A stretch of DNA of 64,000 bases, taken from NCBI RefSeq assembly GCF_009914755.1, contig NC_060930.1; one strand, given 5' to 3'. Positions 57,179-64,000 of this stretch are shown one piece after another; position 1 is the first letter of the stretch; every line of letters starts with the position of its first letter. Under the pieces are notes generated by a model. The model did no database searches. It was not told the DNA's origin and saw only the letters and a list, made by a program, of their open reading frames with translations. The stretch is from the human T2T-CHM13v2.0 reference genome, Homo sapiens. Both the position numbers and the translations under genes were made by a program.

Positions 57179-58375
57179 GATGGAAGATGCTAATTCTGAA
57201 AAGAGTATAAATGAAGAAAATGGAGAAGTATCAGAAGACCAGTCTCAAAATAAGCACAGTCGTCACAAAAAAAAGAAGCATAAACACAGAAGTAAACATA
57301 AGAAACATAAACATTCCTCAGAAGAAGACAAGGATAAAAAACATAAACATAAGCATAAACATAAGAAACACAAAAGAAAAGAGGTTATTGATGCTTCTGA
57401 TAAAGAGGGTATGTCTCCAGCAAAAAGAACTAAACTTGATGATTTAGCTTTGCTAGAAGACTTGGAAAAACAGAGAGCCTTGATTAAGGCCGAACTTGAT
57501 AATGAGTTAATGGAAGGAAAGGTCCAGTCTGGTATGGGGCTCATTTTGCAAGGTTATGAGTCTGGCTCTGAAGAAGAGGGGGAAATTCATGAAAAGGCAA
57601 GAAATGGAAATAGGTCTAGTACTAGATCTTCAAGTACAAAGGGGAAACTTGAACTTGTGGACAATAAAATTACTACAAAGAAACGAAGTAAAAGCAGATC
57701 CAAAGAACGGACTAGACATAGGTCTGATAAAAAGAAAAGTAAGGGGGGTATTGAAATCGTTAAAGAGAAAACAACTAGGAGCAAGTCAAAGGAGAGGAAA
57801 AAATCTAAAAGCCCATCCAAAAGAAGTAAGTCTCAAGATCAAGCAAGGAAATCAAAATCCCCTACCCTTAGAAGGCGATCTCAAGAGAAAATTGGTAAGG
57901 CCAGATCTCCTACTGATGATAAGGTTAAAATTGAAGATAAAAGTAAATCAAAAGATAGGAAAAAATCCCCAATTATAAATGAAAGTAGAAGTCGCGATCG
58001 AGGTAAAAAATCCAGATCCCCAGTTGATTTAAGAGGTAAATCCAAAGACAGAAGGTCACGGTCCAAAGAGAGAAAATCAAAACGGTCTGAAACTGATAAA
58101 GAAAAGAAGCCAATTAAATCTCCCTCTAAAGATGCTTCATCTGGGAAAGAAAATAGGTCACCCAGCAGAAGACCTGGTCGTAGTCCTAAAAGAAGAAGTT
58201 TGTCTCCAAAACCACGTGATAAATCAAGAAGAAGCAGGTCTCCACTTTTGAATGATAGAAGATCTAAGCAGAGCAAATCCCCCTCGCGGACACTGTCTCC
58301 TGGGAGAAGAGCCAAGAGCCGATCCTTAGAAAGAAAACGACGAGAACCAGAGAGGAGACGACTTTCTTCTCCAAG
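57179..58375 (+). CDS. PRPF4B: PRP4 kinase exon 2 (KH-rich and RS-rich N-terminal region)
   Basis: 1197-nt open exon, atttatAG acceptor, AG|GTAACT donor; KKHKH repeats, DDLALLEDLEKQRALIKAELDNELMEGKVQSGMGLILQGYESGSEEEGEI, RS/SP repeats. Confidence 0.98.
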
Positions 58376-60284
58376 GTAACTTGTGTACAAAATGTTAAAG
58401 CTTTTTACCAGTGCATGAGATTTTAAACGGAAAACTAGAACTTGTGGACCGTTAAAAATGAAGTAGTAAGTAAAAATAAAAATAAATGAAGTAGTAATGA
58501 GTTTCATAATTTTAAGTAACCCAATCCATTAACCATGTTAATATTTGCACTTTTTTCGATGAGTATTTTAAGTATAGGTGTTTAACAAATACTGAGCTTG
58601 ATGATAGAATTGGGTTTTTTCACATTCTTGATTTAATACCTAGTTTGCTAAGGCACTCCTTTCAATCCATGTAATTTGGCTGATAAATCTTCATTGGGGG
58701 CGTTTAGAGAGAGGATTATTACTTCATGAACAGTGTAGGCTGAAACTCTTAACTTTGAAAAGGGGGAAAGGTAATCAGTTTAACAATTGTGTTCTGTTCA
58801 TTCTCTTGTATTTGCATGAGTTTTAAATTTTAACAGTATAAATAGAAACCAATACCAATATTTTTTGGTCCCCAAAGTATAATTAAAATGGAAAATTTTG
58901 TATTAATACATATAATCTCATTGTTGAAAAGTAGTATCTCTTAAGCTTAAGAAGAATAGTATATGAAATTATTTTGTACTATTTGAATAATATATTGTCT
59001 TAGTTCTTATAAATCCTCATGTGATTATCTTAACTCATGAGGTGAAGGGGCTCTCATACCTAATTTATAAATGAAATAGAATCAGAGAATGTATATAATT
59101 TACGTAGGATCATAGAACGGAAGTATTTGCGGGGAGGAGTGTTTATACCACTTAAACTACTTTAGAAACAGATTTCTTAATGTCTTTTTTGTATTTAGTA
59201 TTTAAGTATTATGAAATTGCCAGCTAGGTTTTGCTTATTAAAAGAGTATTGGCTTATACTATATAAGGATGTTATTAATTCCTAGCCGTTTACTGTGTTC
59301 ATAATAATATTTTCTGTGAATGGGTATAAATATAAACTCACCCTGAAAGTGAAGTCATCATATTTTCAGAGAAATTTCAAATTTTATTTCCAAGTGCTGT
59401 GTCTTAAGAGCGTCTTGATTCTTTACTTCTGAGTGGCACTGTAATGAAATAGCCCCTTTTTCCTTTGGCTTCCTGGATTGAGGCAGTGATTAGTTTTACT
59501 GATTCTGTTATCTCAAGTGCTTCTTAATTATCTTGGTGGTCTTTCAGTTTGCTTTGTTTGAAGAGCAAATTCTGAGGAGTTTATTAAGGACTAGAGCTGA
59601 GTATTTGAAACAAAAATATTTTTTTAAATTACAGAAGTGGTGCATACTTACTTATTAAAGAGAAATCCAAATAAGCCTGTAAATTGTCTCCCTTTTCATT
59701 TCTCCACTACCACTCCTTAGAAATTTACTTTATCTTAGGTCTTTCCTTGTACAGACAATAACATGAATATAAGGGAATTTTTTTTTTAACAAAACTGGAG
59801 TCATATTATTCATATTCACATGTGGCTTGCTTTTTTCAGGAAACATTTCTGCGACAAAACATATAGATTGTTTTTCATTCTGCCTGACAGCAACTGGTAT
59901 TTCAGTGTAGATGTATTATAGTATCATTCTCCTATTGAAACTGATGAAAAATTTAGGTTGGTTCCAGTTTTTCACTATTATATGCGAAGATGTGCCTTGG
60001 TTATATGTGAGGTTTCTTTATAGAATAGACTCATAGAAGTGGACTTGCAAAGTCTCAGAGTATGTACATTTACATTGTAGAAAGTTATTGCTAAATTTCC
60101 ATCCAGGAAAGTTAGGTCAATTTCTACTTCTACTTCTATGACTATGTGAACTGCCCCTTTTCCTGAAACTGTATTAGGAAAGTTTAGGAAAACCTTTATT
60201 ACCAGGATACCATATAGTATTTTGTCACTCTTAAAAACAGAACAAAAAACCCAAAAATTGTTTTAATCGAAATTTCTTAGGTGA

Positions 60285-62612
<2,328 letters not shown>

Positions 62613-63002
62613 AGATCCTTAATTGGAGAAATGTCAGGATGTAGAAAGAAAAAGTCGTCAATGAAAATGGAATATTTGAGTAAATGGAGTATTATACTCA
62701 CTTGGGGAGGTTTTATTTGAGTTGGTTTATTTGAAATTAGAATCAGTGACTTTACCGGTATGAATAACCTTTAGTAATTTTTCAAACTGTGGGACCAGAG
62801 GAAATAAGACCTTTCATTGTTTGCCTGCAGTAACACCAAAATATCACTGTAGTCACCTGAGTAAGTTTTGTTACAAAACACATTAATCAAAGTTCACTTT
62901 CTTTAGGCTAATGTGCCTTTTCTTACAGATGTTCTTTGCATATAGAAAAAAATAATTTACTTTGATTTATATTTCTTTTAACTTGCATTTGATCCCCTTA
63001 AG

Positions 63003-63176
63003 AACACGACCTCGAGATGATATCCTCAGTAGACGTGAAAGATCAAAAGATGCCAGCCCCATCAATAGATGGTCTCCAACCCGAAGAAGAAGTAGATCTC
63101 CCATTAGAAGGAGGTCTCGTTCCCCACTCAGACGTAGCAGGTCTCCAAGAAGAAGAAGCAGATCTCCTCGGAGAAG
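63003..63176 (+). CDS. PRPF4B: PRP4 kinase exon 3 (RRRSRSP repeats)
   Basis: ccccttaAG acceptor, AG|GTAAAG donor, 174 nt, phase 2-2; TRPRDDILSRRERSKDASPINRWSPTRRRSRSP. Confidence 0.96.
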
Positions 63177-64000
63177 GTAAAGACATTTCATCCTTGTGAT
63201 TCATTAAACTCTGAATGTTTTTGAACCACCAGTGAGCTCACTTGGTAGGTTTTCTTTTAGACCAGTTTTCTCTGAAAAATCGTAGTTGTGTTCCCATAGT
63301 TTCCTTTTACCAGCAATCTCTACACATGGGTTTTCTTTTATATCGTTTCCTTTGAATTTTAAACAAATCATTGCTCATTTAGGATGCAATAAAATTAGTC
63401 TTTTAAAAATAGGACTTTTTTCTCTCTTTTATCAATCAATACTAAATGAGCCAGACTTAGGGATTTTTTTTTTTTTTTAACCAGCAAGGTAGATCATGTA
63501 GTAGTAAATATATAGCCCAGTTTCTTACATTTTATATTAATTTTGCATATTGATAGTTACTGTAGACTTAGGCAAAGGCCTATTTAATTTGCCATAGAAA
63601 CCATTTTATCTGAAGCATATGTAGTCAGTAATAGGTTAAAAAGGTGGTTTATAAAGCAGGGAATCATTTTTTAAAATTCATACATACATGAAATATTTTA
63701 ATATAAAACATAAATGGGTATTTGTTCGCCAATCTTTTAACATTTTTAATTGAAGTAATAAATGAATATAATTTTTAAGAAACAAAGGCTTATATTATAG
63801 CCATCTTTACATATCTCTCAGAATTTTTGTATGCTGTATTCCTAGAAATGGAAATGCATGGTCTGAGTGCACTCTGGTCAATGAGGGGTTTTATTTTATT
63901 TTATTTTATTTTATTTTTTGACAGTCTCACTCTGTTGCCCAGGCTGGAGTGCAATGGCGCGATCTCACTGCAACCTCCACCTCCTGAGTTCAAGCAATTC

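Noticed and set aside
57263-58507. Long L/F/S-rich - strand ORFs
   Set aside because: Antisense of the repetitive K/R/S-coding PRPF4B exon 2.

Overview
This is primate (human-like) genomic DNA, recognisable as the 6p25.2 interval containing the 5' part of PRPF4B (PRP4K): CpG-island promoter, exon 1 CDS 47062-47102, exon 2 57179-58375, exon 3 63003-63176. It also holds a GLRX3 processed pseudogene (3670-5002) and dense Alu/L1/LTR/DNA-transposon repeats. Main result: three-frame translation through stop codons shows that 6.3-15.0 kb (+) is a heavily decayed, intron-containing gene of the GREB1/GREB1L family. Its P-loop, glycosyltransferase (TAGT-like) and C-terminal motifs are collinear, two THE1 LTRs split its coding segments, and the 102-aa ORF I recall as C6orf50/NAG19 lies inside it. 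A second, less certain multi-exon relic runs on the - strand from a separate CpG island at ~44.1 kb down to ~22 kb, with weak TBC/Rab-GAP-like motifs. All protein comparisons use reference sequences recalled from memory and need confirmation by tBLASTn/HMM; repeat subfamily names and most repeat boundaries are approximate.
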